A stretch of 25,399 bases of DNA from Planctomycetota bacterium (GCA_023150495.1 JAKLKT010000002.1:1-25399); one strand, 5' to 3'. Positions 15,710 through 24,487 are shown, numbered from the stretch's first letter. Notes: generated by a model from the letters alone, not told the origin. A program made the numbers and translations.

Positions 15710-15713
15710 CCCC
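15700..15713 (+). repeat. C-tract motif family B, copy 2
   Basis: GCCCCCGCACCCCC, 6 nt after the usp stop and overlapping the recG start region. Confidence 0.6.
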
Positions 15714-15719
15714 CGTACT

Positions 15720-16604
15720 TCACGCCTTCGGCGGCACCGCGAGCACGGAGCAGGGCGTGTCGCGGACGACGCGCTCCGCCGTGCTCCCGAGCAGGAGCGT
15801 CTTCAGGTTCGACCGGCCGAGCGTGCCGAGGACGACGACGTCGATCTTCTTCCCCGTGGCGTAGTCGATGAGGCCCTGGCCGTGGCTCGTGTGCTCGAAG
15901 AGCTCGCAGGCGACCTTGACGTCCGGGACGAGCTTCCTCTGCTCCGCGACGAGCGCCTCGAGGCGCTGCTTCAGCGCCGCCTGGAACTGGCGCTGGTAGG
16001 TCGGCGAGGCCTGGGGCGTCGGCGCGCCGTAGTGGAGCGGCGGCGGCGCGAAGACGTGGACGGCGTGGAGCGGGCAGCGCTCGAGCCGTGCGAGTTGGAG
16101 CGCGGCGAAGAGGGCCCGCGCGGACTGCTCGGAGAAGTCGATCCCCACCATCGCGGAGTGGAAGTCCGCCGCGTGCCGTCCGTCGACGAGAAGCACCGGG
16201 ATCGGCGACTTCCGCGCCATCTTGAGCGCGAGCGAGCCGGCGCCGCGACCCGCGCCGGTCACGCCGAACGCGCCGATCACCACGAGCTGCGCGTTCGCCT
16301 CCTTCGCCTTCGCGAGGATCGTCTCGAGCGGATCGCCGACGACGACATCGAGCTTCGTCTTCGGGGGCACGATGCCCGCGCCGAACTTCTCGAGCTCGCG
16401 CCTTGCGCCGTCGAGGGCGCCCTTCCGGACGTCGCTGCCCTTGGGCATCATCTGCTCGAGGTCATCCACGACCCGCGGCTCGATGACATGGAGGAGGGAG
16501 AGGGCGGCGCCGTCGCGCTTCGCGATGCGCGAGGCCTGCTCGAGGGCGCACTTCGAGCAGTCGGAGAGGTCGACGGCGCAGAGGACCGACGTCAGGTGTT
16601 CCAT
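15720..16604 (-). CDS. Universal stress protein with tandem UspA domains, 294 aa
   Basis: VLCAVDLSDCSKCALEQA...LVVIGAFG...SPIPVLLV, then VGIDFSEQSARAL...VVLGTLGRSNLKTLLLGSTAERVVRDTPCSVLAVP. GGAGG upstream and TATCAT at 16614-16619. Confidence 0.93.
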   Translation of the reverse strand: MEHLTSVLCAVDLSDCSKCALEQASRIAKRDGAALSLLHVIEPRVVDDLEQMMPKGSDVRKGALDGARRELEKFGAGIVPPKTKLDVVVGDPLETILAKAKEANAQLVVIGAFGVTGAGRGAGSLALKMARKSPIPVLLVDGRHAADFHSAMVGIDFSEQSARALFAALQLARLERCPLHAVHVFAPPPLHYGAPTPQASPTYQRQFQAALKQRLEALVAEQRKLVPDVKVACELFEHTSHGQGLIDYATGKKIDVVVLGTLGRSNLKTLLLGSTAERVVRDTPCSVLAVPPKA

Positions 16605-16648
16605 CGCCTCCGGATGATACCGGGAGCCCCTCGGCGCCCGGAAGAAGG

Positions 16649-16662
16649 GGGGGTGCGGGGGC
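16649..16662 (-). repeat. C-tract motif family B, copy 3
   Basis: Reverse-complement copy, 12 nt after the MBL hydrolase stop. Confidence 0.6.
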
Positions 16663-16674
16663 GCGCCGCGCCAG

Positions 16675-17310
16675 CTACCAGGGGAAGGCGCCGGTCAGGA
16701 ACGGGTTGCTTCGCCGCTCCTTTCCGATCGTCGTCGCCGGGCCGTGGCCCGGATAGACGCGCGTCGCATCGGGCCACGCGAGGAACACCTCCCGGAGCGT
16801 CCGGCGGAGCGCGGCCGGGTCGCTGCCGGGGAGGTCGGAGCGGCCGATGGAGCCCTCAAAGAGGCAGTCGCCGCCGAACACGACGCCCTCCACGAGGAAC
16901 GCGACGTGGCCGGGGCTGTGGCCGGGCGCGTGGAAGACCTCGAAGCGGAGCCCCGCGGCCTCCACCGTCTCGCCGGGCCTGAGCTCGCGGTCGACGACGG
17001 GATCCTCGTACCCCGAGAGGCCGAACATCGCGGCCTGCGCGTCGACGTTCTCGAGCAGGAAGCGGTCCTCCGGGTGGATCGCGAACGGGATCCCGTAGCG
17101 CTCGCGGAGGTCCGGCACGGCCCCGATGTGGTCCAGGTGCCCGTGCGTGTTGAGGATGATCTCGGGCTTGAGCCCGAGCTCCTCGATCCGCCCGGCGATC
17201 CGGTCGGCCTCGTCGCCCGGGTCGATGAGGACGCACGGCTGCCCCTCGCCCTTCGCGACGAGGTAGCTGTTCTCCTGGAACGGCCCGGTGACCAGCGTCT
17301 CAACCAGCAC
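16675..17310 (-). CDS. MBL-fold metallo-hydrolase (glyoxalase II-like, YcbL/GloC family), 211 aa
   Basis: GPFQENSYL, LIDPGDE, LNTHGHLDHIGA (HxHxDH), APGHSPGHV, GDCLFEGSIGRSDLPG, VYPGHGPATTIGKERRSNPF. Confidence 0.92.
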   Translation of the reverse strand: MLVETLVTGPFQENSYLVAKGEGQPCVLIDPGDEADRIAGRIEELGLKPEIILNTHGHLDHIGAVPDLRERYGIPFAIHPEDRFLLENVDAQAAMFGLSGYEDPVVDRELRPGETVEAAGLRFEVFHAPGHSPGHVAFLVEGVVFGGDCLFEGSIGRSDLPGSDPAALRRTLREVFLAWPDATRVYPGHGPATTIGKERRSNPFLTGAFPW

Positions 17311-17334
17311 GTGATCTTTTCCCGATTCGGGCGC

Positions 17335-17390
17335 CCCATGTCCTTGCGCCGCAACGGCTTGCGGCAGGAGGGTGCGGCATTCGTGCCGCA
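17335..17390. repeat. Composite intergenic element, copy 1: about 30-bp spaced imperfect palindrome plus TGCGGCA-TTCG-TGCCGCA hairpin
   Basis: Same architecture and spacing as 23586-23642; see findings. Confidence 0.5.
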
Positions 17391-17478
17391 GACGACGGCA
17401 GGGACCGGGCGCCGGGTGCCTCGATGCGCATGCGCCCGACTACTGTATCCGGGCTGCAAGGCATCCGGCCGGCACGCG

Positions 17479-18585
17479 CTACTTCCGCTTCCCCGTGATC
17501 GGGGCGCCCGGCCGGCGGCGGTCGAGGATCCTGAGCTCGCCGCGGTCGAGGAGCAGCACGAACGCGTGGAGCGCGGTCGTGTAGGCGGCCTGCTGGTCGG
17601 CGAACACGGCGATCCCGCCGAAGGGGTCCTTCGAGTCGCACGTCACGCCGAACGCCTTCCCCTCGCACACGCAGCGGAGCACGCCGCCCTCCTCCTGCGC
17701 GTCGGCGATCCGCACGAAGTACGTCTCCTTGAAGCGCTTCCACTCCTCCGCGCCGAGCATGCGGCACGAAAGCCCCCCGAAGAACATGTTGAGGCAGGGC
17801 GATCCGTGCCCCTCGCACACGAGATTCAGGTTCTCCATGAGGTAGCGCGCGCTGCCCTCGAAGGCGTCGTCGCGCTCCATCCCGAGCGCGTGCCAGGCGA
17901 AGAGGGCGCCGGCCGTCCGCCCGACGTTGGTCTCCGCGAAGCCGGACTGCCGCTGGCCCGGGTCGTACGGGAAGCTCCCGTTCGGCAGGCGCGCGGCCCG
18001 GTAGTACTCCCGCGCGCGCCTGATCGGCTCCGCGCGCTCGTGCCCCTCGATCGCGCCGCAGAGCCCGAGGGCGGTGGCGACGCAGCTCGACGACGCGAGG
18101 AGCGTGGACGGGTATCCGCCGTGCCCCCAGCCCCCGTTCGCATCCTGCGCGGCGACGAGCAGGTCAAGGATGCGCTCGAGCGTCCCGTGCGCCTGCCGCG
18201 CCTCGATCCCGCGCAGCTCGAGCTCGCCGAAGAAGAGCGCCGCGGCGGCGAGCGGCCACGTGTACTGGCAGACCTTCCGCGAGTCCGCGACGCCGTGCGC
18301 GCCGGGCAGCGCGTCCGGGTCGAGGAGCCGCTTCCCGAGCGCGTCGATCCAGCGCACGAGGTACTCGCGGATCGCCCGCACGCGGTCCGGACCCGTGCGC
18401 GTGCCGCCGTCCATCAGGTAGACGAGGCCCGTGATCGCGTACGTGAAGGGCTTTCGCGGCGTGCCTTCGGAGTCGACGAGCTTTCCCACCTCGCGTTCGA
18501 GCCAGGCGACCGCGCGCCTCGCGGGGTCGGGCTCGCCCCCGGCGGCGGGAAGGAGGAGGAGCGCGAGGAGGAGGGAGGTGCGCAT
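17479..18585 (-). CDS. Exported protein with prenyltransferase/squalene-oxidase-like (alpha/alpha barrel) repeats, 368 aa
   Basis: Signal-peptide-like MRTSLLLALLLLPAAG. Repeats resembling QW/Q-x-x-x-GGW motifs: AAQDANGGWGH, RLPNGSFPY, ADAQEEGG. Function unknown. Confidence 0.65.
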   Translation of the reverse strand: MRTSLLLALLLLPAAGGEPDPARRAVAWLEREVGKLVDSEGTPRKPFTYAITGLVYLMDGGTRTGPDRVRAIREYLVRWIDALGKRLLDPDALPGAHGVADSRKVCQYTWPLAAAALFFGELELRGIEARQAHGTLERILDLLVAAQDANGGWGHGGYPSTLLASSSCVATALGLCGAIEGHERAEPIRRAREYYRAARLPNGSFPYDPGQRQSGFAETNVGRTAGALFAWHALGMERDDAFEGSARYLMENLNLVCEGHGSPCLNMFFGGLSCRMLGAEEWKRFKETYFVRIADAQEEGGVLRCVCEGKAFGVTCDSKDPFGGIAVFADQQAAYTTALHAFVLLLDRGELRILDRRRPGAPITGKRK

Positions 18586-18641
18586 CCACTTCCGCTACGC
18601 GCGGGGGCGCCAAGCGCTCCCCCCGGGCCGTTGGAGCCGCG

Positions 18642-18650
18642 TGATAGGCT
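18642..18650 (+). promoter_or_regulatory. Extended -10 promoter (TG-a-TAGGCT) for the mqnC operon
   Basis: TGnTANNNT 10 nt before ATG 18661. No SD before mqnC. Confidence 0.5.
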
Positions 18651-18660
18651 GAATCCCCCG

Positions 18661-19731
18661 ATGGCAAAGCTGCTCGACCGGGCCTCTGAGAAGGCCGCGG
18701 CCCACGAACGCCTGGACTTCGACGAGGGGGTGGCGCTGCTCACGGAGGGCGAGACCCACGTCCTCGCGGCGCTCGCCCACAAGCGGCGGCTGCACCTCCA
18801 CCCCGAGCCCGTCGTCACCTACATCGTCGAGAGGAACATCAACTACACGAACGCCTGCGTCACCTACTGCCGCTTCTGCGCCTTCTACCGGGCGCCGGGC
18901 GACAAGGAGGTGTACGTCCTCTCGCACGAGCAGATCGGCAGGAAGATCGAGGAGCTGCTCGAGGTCGGCGGCATCCAGATCCTCCTCCAGGGCGGCCACC
19001 ACCCGGACCTCCCGCTCACGTGGTACGAGGACATGCTCCGCTACATCAAGGAGCGCTATCCGGTCAACGTCCACGGCTTCTCGGCGCCCGAGATCGAGCA
19101 CATCGCGAAGGTGGAGGAGCTGCCGGTCGAGACCGTGATCCGACGGCTCCGCGAGGCGGGCCTCGGCACGATCCCCGGCGCCGGCGGCGAGATGCTCGTC
19201 GACCGCGTGCGCCGGATCATCGCGCCCCTGAAGACGACGACCGAGGCGTGGATCGACGTCCACCGCACCGCGCACAGGGTGGGCATGCGCTCCACCGCGA
19301 CCATGATGTTCGGCCACGCGGAGACGCTCGCGGAACGGGTCGAGCACATGGAGCGCGTCCGGCAGCTGCAGGACGAGACCAAGGGCTTCACCGCGTTCAT
19401 CCTCTGGACCTTCCAGCCCGAGAACACGGCGATGTGGCGGTACAGCAAGCTCGAGTCGCACCAGTACCTCCGCACGGCCGCGGTCGCGCGGCTCTACCTC
19501 GACAACGTCAGGAACCTCCAGGCGTCGTGGGTCACGCAGGGCGCGCGCGTCGCGGAGATCTCGCTCCGCTGCGGCGTGAACGACATGGGCTCGACGATGC
19601 TCGAGGAGAACGTCGTCTCCGCCGCGGGCACGACCTACGCGCTCGACGGCCCGGGGATCGAGCGGTCGATCCGCATGTGCGGGTTCGAGCCGCGCCGCCG
19701 GAACGTCTACTACGAGGCGGTGCTCTCGTGA
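18661..19731 (+). CDS. mqnC: Dehypoxanthine futalosine cyclase (radical SAM), 356 aa
   Basis: C-terminal part of ORF 16744..19731. RNINYTNACVTYCRFCAFYR (CxxxCxxC), ILLQGGHHP, SAPEI, PGAGGEML, TATMMFGH, FILWTFQPENT, NLQASWVTQG, NDMGSTMLEENVV. Confidence 0.93.
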   Translation: MAKLLDRASEKAAAHERLDFDEGVALLTEGETHVLAALAHKRRLHLHPEPVVTYIVERNINYTNACVTYCRFCAFYRAPGDKEVYVLSHEQIGRKIEELLEVGGIQILLQGGHHPDLPLTWYEDMLRYIKERYPVNVHGFSAPEIEHIAKVEELPVETVIRRLREAGLGTIPGAGGEMLVDRVRRIIAPLKTTTEAWIDVHRTAHRVGMRSTATMMFGHAETLAERVEHMERVRQLQDETKGFTAFILWTFQPENTAMWRYSKLESHQYLRTAAVARLYLDNVRNLQASWVTQGARVAEISLRCGVNDMGSTMLEENVVSAAGTTYALDGPGIERSIRMCGFEPRRRNVYYEAVLS

Positions 19732-20876
19732 GGGCGGCCCCCGCACCCCCCCGGCTTTCCGTCCCCGCGGTCTTCCGCACGAGCGACATCCTCCCGCAGG
19801 TCGAGAAGGCGCTCGCGGGCGAGCGCCTCACGTTCGAGGACGGCGTCCGCCTCTTCCAGTCGGAGGACGTCAACGCGCTCGGCTGGGCCGCGAACGCGGT
19901 CCGCGAGCGGCTCCACGGCAACGTCGCCTACTACCTGAAGAACCGCCACATCAACTACACCAACATCTGCAAGTACGACTGCATGTTCTGCTCCTTCTAC
20001 CGGAAGGAAGGGCAGGAGGGGGCGTGGCTCTGGTCGGTCGACCAGGTGCTCGAGCACGTCGCGCCGTACAAGGACAAGGGACTGAGCGAGTTCCACATCG
20101 TCGGCGGCGTGCATCCGACGCTCCCCTTCTCGTACTACACGGACATGCTGCGCGCCTTGAAGCGCGAGCACCCGGGCGTCGCGATCAAGGCGTTCACGGC
20201 GATCGAGATCGCCTACCTCGCGGAGCTCACCGGGAAGAGCCTCGGCGACGTGCTCAAGGAGCTCAAGGCGGCGGGGCTCGACATGGTGCCGGGCGGCGGC
20301 GCCGAGGTCTTCGCCGACCGCGTGCGCTACAAGGTCTGCCGCGACAAGGCCGACGCCGACCGCTGGTTCGAGGTGCACGAGACCGCGCACGCGCTCGGGA
20401 TCCCCACGAACGCGACGATGCTCTACGGCCACATCGAGACGGTCGAGGAGCGCGTGGACCACATCCTGCGCCTGCGCGACCTGCAGGACCGGACGGGCGG
20501 GCTCAAGAGCTACATCCCGCTCGCGTACCACCCGGACTTCAACCGCCTCGCGAAGCTCGGCGCGCCGAGCGGGCTCGACGCGCTCCGGAACGTCGCCGTC
20601 GGCCGGCTGCTCCTCGACAACGTGCCGCACATCAAGGCCTACTGGATCATGCTCGGCGTGAAGGTGGCGCAGCTCGCCCTCTCGTGGGGCGCGAACGACA
20701 TCGACGGCACGGTCACGTGGGAGCGCATCTACCACATGGCGGGCGCCGAGACGCCCGAGGGGCTCACCGAGGAGCGCCTGCGCGAGGTCATCCGCGAGGC
20801 GGGACGCGAGCCGGTGGAACGGGACGCGTTCTACAACGTGGCCGGATCGGAGGGGGCGCGGGGGAACCCGTCGTGA
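19728..20876 (+). CDS. mqnE: Aminofutalosine synthase (radical SAM), about 382 aa
   Basis: [77 protein letters not shown]. The only upstream canonical start is the GTG overlapping the mqnC TGA (GTGA). Confidence 0.92.
   Translation: MRAAPAPPRLSVPAVFRTSDILPQVEKALAGERLTFEDGVRLFQSEDVNALGWAANAVRERLHGNVAYYLKNRHINYTNICKYDCMFCSFYRKEGQEGAWLWSVDQVLEHVAPYKDKGLSEFHIVGGVHPTLPFSYYTDMLRALKREHPGVAIKAFTAIEIAYLAELTGKSLGDVLKELKAAGLDMVPGGGAEVFADRVRYKVCRDKADADRWFEVHETAHALGIPTNATMLYGHIETVEERVDHILRLRDLQDRTGGLKSYIPLAYHPDFNRLAKLGAPSGLDALRNVAVGRLLLDNVPHIKAYWIMLGVKVAQLALSWGANDIDGTVTWERIYHMAGAETPEGLTEERLREVIREAGREPVERDAFYNVAGSEGARGNPS
19737..19750 (+). repeat. C-tract motif family B, copy 4
   Basis: 5 nt after the mqnC stop. 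Encodes the APAPP N-terminal extension of MqnE. Confidence 0.6.
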
Positions 20877-21106
20877 CCACCGTCCGGCTCTACGCGGGCG
20901 TGCGGGAGAGGGCGGGCCGGGCGCGGATCGACGTGGACGGGAGCTCCGTCGCCGCCCTGCGCGCGGCGCTCGCGAAGGCGTGCCCGGCGATCGCGGGGCA
21001 GCTCGCGTCCTGCCGCTTCGCCGTGGACGACGAGTTCGTCGCGGACGACGCGCCGGTGAGGCCGGGCGCGGTCGTGGACGTCATCCCGCCGGTCTCCGGA
21101 GGCTAG
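20873..21106 (+). CDS. moaD: MoaD/ThiS-family sulfur carrier protein, 77 aa
   Basis: End of ORF 20024..21106: [15 protein letters not shown]...RFAVDDEFV...[11 protein letters not shown]-terminal Gly-Gly. GTGA overlap with the mqnE stop. Confidence 0.92.
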   Translation: MTTVRLYAGVRERAGRARIDVDGSSVAALRAALAKACPAIAGQLASCRFAVDDEFVADDAPVRPGAVVDVIPPVSGG

Positions 21107-21108
21107 CC

Positions 21109-22317
21109 GTGGGGATCGCGGCGCGCCGCCCGACCAAGGTGGTCCGCGTGGGCAACGTCCTCATCGGCGGGGAGAACCCGGTCGTCGTCCAGTCGATGAC
21201 GGACACCGACACCGCGGATGTCGCCGCGACCGTCGCGCAGGCGCGCGCGCTCGCGGACGCCGGCAGCGAGATCGTCCGGATCACGGTCAACAACGAGGAT
21301 GCCGCGAAGTCCGTCCCCGAGATCGCGAGGCGGCTCGACGGGGTCCCGCTCGTCGGCGACTTCCACTTCATCGGCCACCGGCTGCTCAAGGGCTTCCCGG
21401 CCTGCGCGAGATCCCTCGCGAAGTTCCGGATCAACCCGGGCAACGTGGGCCGCGGCGCGCGCCGCGACGAGAACTTCACCACGTTCATCGAGATCGCGAG
21501 GGACCTCGGGAAGCCGGTGCGGATCGGCGTCAACGCGGGGAGCCTCGACCCGGAGGTCCTCGCGCGGAAGATGGACGCGAACGCGAAGCGCAAGGAGCCG
21601 AGGAGCGCCGAGGAGGTCGAGAACGAGGCGCTCGTCGAGAGCGCGCTCGAGAGCGCCGAGGCCGCGCAGGCCCTCGGGCTCCCGGCCGACCGGATCATCC
21701 TCTCGTGCAAGGTCTCGCGGCTGCCGCAGATGGTGGCGGTCTACCGCACGCTGTCCCGGAAGACGGACCTCCCGCTCCACCTCGGCCTCACCGAGGCGGG
21801 CATGGGGATCAAGGGCGAGGTCGCGACGGCCGCGGCGCTCTCGATCCTCCTCGCGGAGGGCATCGGCGACACGATCCGCGCGAGCCTCACGCCGGAGGTG
21901 AAGGGCGACCGCACGCGCGAGGTGCGGCTCTGCGAGGAGCTGCTCCAGGCGCTGGGGCTCCGCTCCTTCCGCCCCTCGGTGACATCGTGCCCCGGCTGCG
22001 GCCGCACGACGTCGACCTTCTTCCGCGAGCTCGCGGAGCGGATCCAGTCGCACCTCGAGCGGAGCCGCGCGGAGTGGAAGACGCGCTACCCCGGCGCCGA
22101 GACGCTCAAGGTCGCGGTGATGGGTTGCGTGGTGAACGGGCCCGGCGAGTCGCGCGCCGCGGACGTCGGCATCTCGCTGCCGGGCAGCGGCGAGGAGCCG
22201 AAGGCGCCGGTCTACGTCGACGGGGAACGGCGCGTGCTCCTCGAGGGAGAGGGCATCGCGGAGGAGTTCATGGCGCTCGTCGAGGAGTATGTGAGGGGGC
22301 GTTGGGGGCCGAAGTGA
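21109..22317 (+). CDS. ispG: 4-hydroxy-3-methylbut-2-en-1-yl diphosphate synthase (flavodoxin-type), about 402 aa
   Basis: [92 protein letters not shown] 2 nt after the moaD stop. Confidence 0.97.
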   Translation: MGIAARRPTKVVRVGNVLIGGENPVVVQSMTDTDTADVAATVAQARALADAGSEIVRITVNNEDAAKSVPEIARRLDGVPLVGDFHFIGHRLLKGFPACARSLAKFRINPGNVGRGARRDENFTTFIEIARDLGKPVRIGVNAGSLDPEVLARKMDANAKRKEPRSAEEVENEALVESALESAEAAQALGLPADRIILSCKVSRLPQMVAVYRTLSRKTDLPLHLGLTEAGMGIKGEVATAAALSILLAEGIGDTIRASLTPEVKGDRTREVRLCEELLQALGLRSFRPSVTSCPGCGRTTSTFFRELAERIQSHLERSRAEWKTRYPGAETLKVAVMGCVVNGPGESRAADVGISLPGSGEEPKAPVYVDGERRVLLEGEGIAEEFMALVEEYVRGRWGPK

Positions 22318-22754
22318 GGGGTCCCCCGGAGCCCCCCCGCCTCCGCGACGATTTCCGGATCGTGGACGGAGAGATCGACCCTTCCGCCTCCTTCGAGGCC
22401 GTCCGCGACCCGCGCTGCGGCGCGATCGCGACCTTCCTCGGCACCGTGCGCGGCGAGAACGCGGGCCGGAAGGTCCTCCACCTGGAGTATGAGGTGCTCG
22501 AGTCGATGGCCATGAGGCAGTTCGCGCGGCTCGCGGGGGCGCTCCGGGAGAAGGGCGCGTGGCACGTGGCGATCCACCACAGGCGCGGGCGCGTGGAGGT
22601 CGGCGGCGTGAGCCTCGCGATCGCGGTGTCGGCGCCGCGGCGCGCGCACGCGCTCGAGGCCTGCGCGGCGGCGATCGAGCGGCTCAAGAAGGACGTGCCG
22701 ATCTGGAAGAAGGAGGTCTACCCGGACGGGCACCTCTGGCGGGAGGGCAGTTGA
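22314..22754 (+). CDS. moaE: Molybdopterin synthase catalytic subunit MoaE, about 146 aa
   Basis: End of ORF 21705..22754: [17 protein letters not shown]...[38 protein letters not shown] overlap with the ispG stop. Confidence 0.93.
   Translation: MRGPPEPPRLRDDFRIVDGEIDPSASFEAVRDPRCGAIATFLGTVRGENAGRKVLHLEYEVLESMAMRQFARLAGALREKGAWHVAIHHRRGRVEVGGVSLAIAVSAPRRAHALEACAAAIERLKKDVPIWKKEVYPDGHLWREGS
22324..22339 (+). repeat. C-tract motif family A, copy 3
   Basis: 6 nt after the ispG stop. Encodes the PPEPP N-terminal extension of MoaE. Confidence 0.6.
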
Positions 22755-23572
22755 GCTCCGACGAGCGCCGCTCGATCTACGTGATCTCCGACTCGACGGG
22801 CGAGACGGGCGCCAAGGTCGTGCAGGCGGCGCTGCTCCAGTTCCGGCACGAGCAGGTGCGGCTCCGGATCGTCTCGAACATGCGCGACCCGGCGGCGCTC
22901 GCGGAGACGATCGACCGCGCGGCCGGCGAGGGGGCGCTCGTCGTCTACACGCTCGTGAACGCGGAGCAGCGGGTCGGGCTCCTGAACCGCGCGGCCCAGT
23001 ACGGCGTTCAGGCGGTCGACCTCATGGGCCCGCTGATGGCGCGGATCGGCGCGTGGCTCCACGAGTCGCCGGTGAGCCAGCCCGGGCTCCTGCACCGGAT
23101 GGACGCGGAGTACTTCCGGCGGATCGAGGCGCTCGAGTTCACGGTGAAGAACGACGACGGACAGAACCCGAAGAACTTCGTGCACGCCGACATCGTGGTC
23201 GTGGGCGTGAGCCGCACGTCGAAGACGCCCGTGTGCGCGCACCTCGCGCAGAGGGGGTACAAGGCGGCGAACCTTCCGCTGGTCCTCGACGTGAAGCCGC
23301 CGCCGGAGATCGACCTCGTTGAGCCGCGCCGCGTGTTCGCGCTGCACATCACGCCGCGGGCGCTCTTCGAGATCCGCCGGACGCGGCTCGCCGCGATGGG
23401 CGTCGAGGTGTCCTCGGAGGGCTACGCGGACCTCCCGCACATCCAGCGCGAGCTCGCGTGGGCGCGCGACATCGTGCGCGCGCACGCGGGCTGGACGACG
23501 ATCGACGTGACGAACCGCGCGATCGAAGAGACCGCCACCGAAATCCTCGCCCGCTTCCAGGTCAACGGTTGA
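22751..23572 (+). CDS. ppsR: Pyruvate,phosphate/water dikinase regulatory protein (DUF299 kinase/pyrophosphorylase), about 273 aa
   Basis: IYVISDSTGETG, YFRRIEALEFTVKNDDG, ADIVVVGVSRTSKTP, YKAANLPL, IDVTNRAIEETA. TTG start overlaps the moaE TGA. Confidence 0.93.
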   Translation: MSSDERRSIYVISDSTGETGAKVVQAALLQFRHEQVRLRIVSNMRDPAALAETIDRAAGEGALVVYTLVNAEQRVGLLNRAAQYGVQAVDLMGPLMARIGAWLHESPVSQPGLLHRMDAEYFRRIEALEFTVKNDDGQNPKNFVHADIVVVGVSRTSKTPVCAHLAQRGYKAANLPLVLDVKPPPEIDLVEPRRVFALHITPRALFEIRRTRLAAMGVEVSSEGYADLPHIQRELAWARDIVRAHAGWTTIDVTNRAIEETATEILARFQVNG

Positions 23573-23585
23573 CCTGCGCCGCGGC

Positions 23586-23642
23586 CGCAAGTGCTTTTCA
23601 GCACACGACTTGTGAGCGCCGGACTGCGCCACCGCTGGCGCA
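23586..23642. repeat. Composite intergenic element, copy 2: spaced imperfect palindrome plus TGCGCCA-CCGC-TGGCGCA hairpin
   Basis: Same architecture as 17335-17390. Confidence 0.5.
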
Positions 23643-23720
23643 CCTGGACCGACACCCGCTTCCGCACCTAGGCTCCCGCCGGCGGGCCCGGGGCCCTTCC
23701 CGCACGCAGGCGCCGCCGTC

Positions 23721-23726
23721 TAGGAT
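23721..23726 (+). promoter_or_regulatory. Candidate -10 element TAGGAT giving a leaderless ECF sigma mRNA
   Basis: Exactly 6 nt before GTG 23733. No SD. TTCCCG lies 18 nt upstream as a possible -35. Confidence 0.45.
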
Positions 23727-23732
23727 CAGGGC

Positions 23733-24440
23733 GTGGGGTTCGCCACCACGAGGTGGAGCGTGGTCAGGGCTGCGGGCGGCGGCTCGACCCCGGAGGCCCG
23801 GGCGGCGCTCGGGACGCTGTGCGCCGCCTACTGGTACCCGCTCTACGCGTTCGCGCGCCGCACCGGCCGCGACGCGCACGAGGCCGAGGACTCGGTGCAG
23901 GGGTTCTTGGCGAACCTGATCGAGCGGAACACGCTCGCGGTCGCGGATCCGGGACGCGGCCGGTTCCGGGACTTCCTCCTCGCCGCGTTCCGGAACCACC
24001 TCCGCAACGAGGCGGAGTCCGCGAGCGCGATCAAGCGCGGCGGCGGCCGCCTCACCCTCTCCCTCGATGCGGGGGCGGCGGAGGGCAGGTTCCTCGCCGA
24101 GCCGCGCCACGACGCGACGCCCGACCGTCTCTACGACCGCGACTGGGCGATCGCGGTCCTCGAGCGGGTCCTCGCCGGCCTGCGCCAGAGCTACGTCTCG
24201 GCCGGAAAGGAGCCGCTGTTCGACGCCCTCAAGGAGACGATCGCCGGCGGCGAGCGGGCCCTCCACGCGAGCCGCGCCGAGGTGCTCGGAATGACACCCG
24301 GCGCCCTCAAGGTCGCGGCACACCGGCTGCGACAGCGCTACAAGCGGGCGCTCCGCAACGAGATCGCCGCCACGCTCGCCGAAGGCGAGGACGTGGACGA
24401 CGAGATCAGGGCTCTGTTCGCGACCCTCGCCCCGGTGTAA
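23733..24440 (+). CDS. ECF-type RNA polymerase sigma factor of the kinase-associated PVC type, 235 aa
   Basis: FATTRWSVV, LCAAYWYPLYAFARR, EAEDSVQGF, DPGRGRFRDFL, YDRDWA, LKVAAHRLRQRY. Immediately upstream of a Ser/Thr kinase. Confidence 0.9.
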   Translation: MGFATTRWSVVRAAGGGSTPEARAALGTLCAAYWYPLYAFARRTGRDAHEAEDSVQGFLANLIERNTLAVADPGRGRFRDFLLAAFRNHLRNEAESASAIKRGGGRLTLSLDAGAAEGRFLAEPRHDATPDRLYDRDWAIAVLERVLAGLRQSYVSAGKEPLFDALKETIAGGERALHASRAEVLGMTPGALKVAAHRLRQRYKRALRNEIAATLAEGEDVDDEIRALFATLAPV

Positions 24441-24487
24441 CCTCCCGCCGTGACTCCTGTACCGGAAGGTATGGATGCTCGACGCAA

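Noticed and set aside
10510-15871. Very long plus-strand ORFs (1061 aa and 963 aa) and similar antisense ORFs throughout the window
   Set aside because: They mirror well-supported minus-strand genes, have no recognisable motifs, and show the composition expected of antisense frames in high-GC DNA.
16744-18660. 995-aa ORF extending MqnC upstream across two minus-strand genes
   Set aside because: It is the antisense shadow of the MBL and prenyltransferase-like genes. MqnC homology and a promoter begin at 18642-18661.
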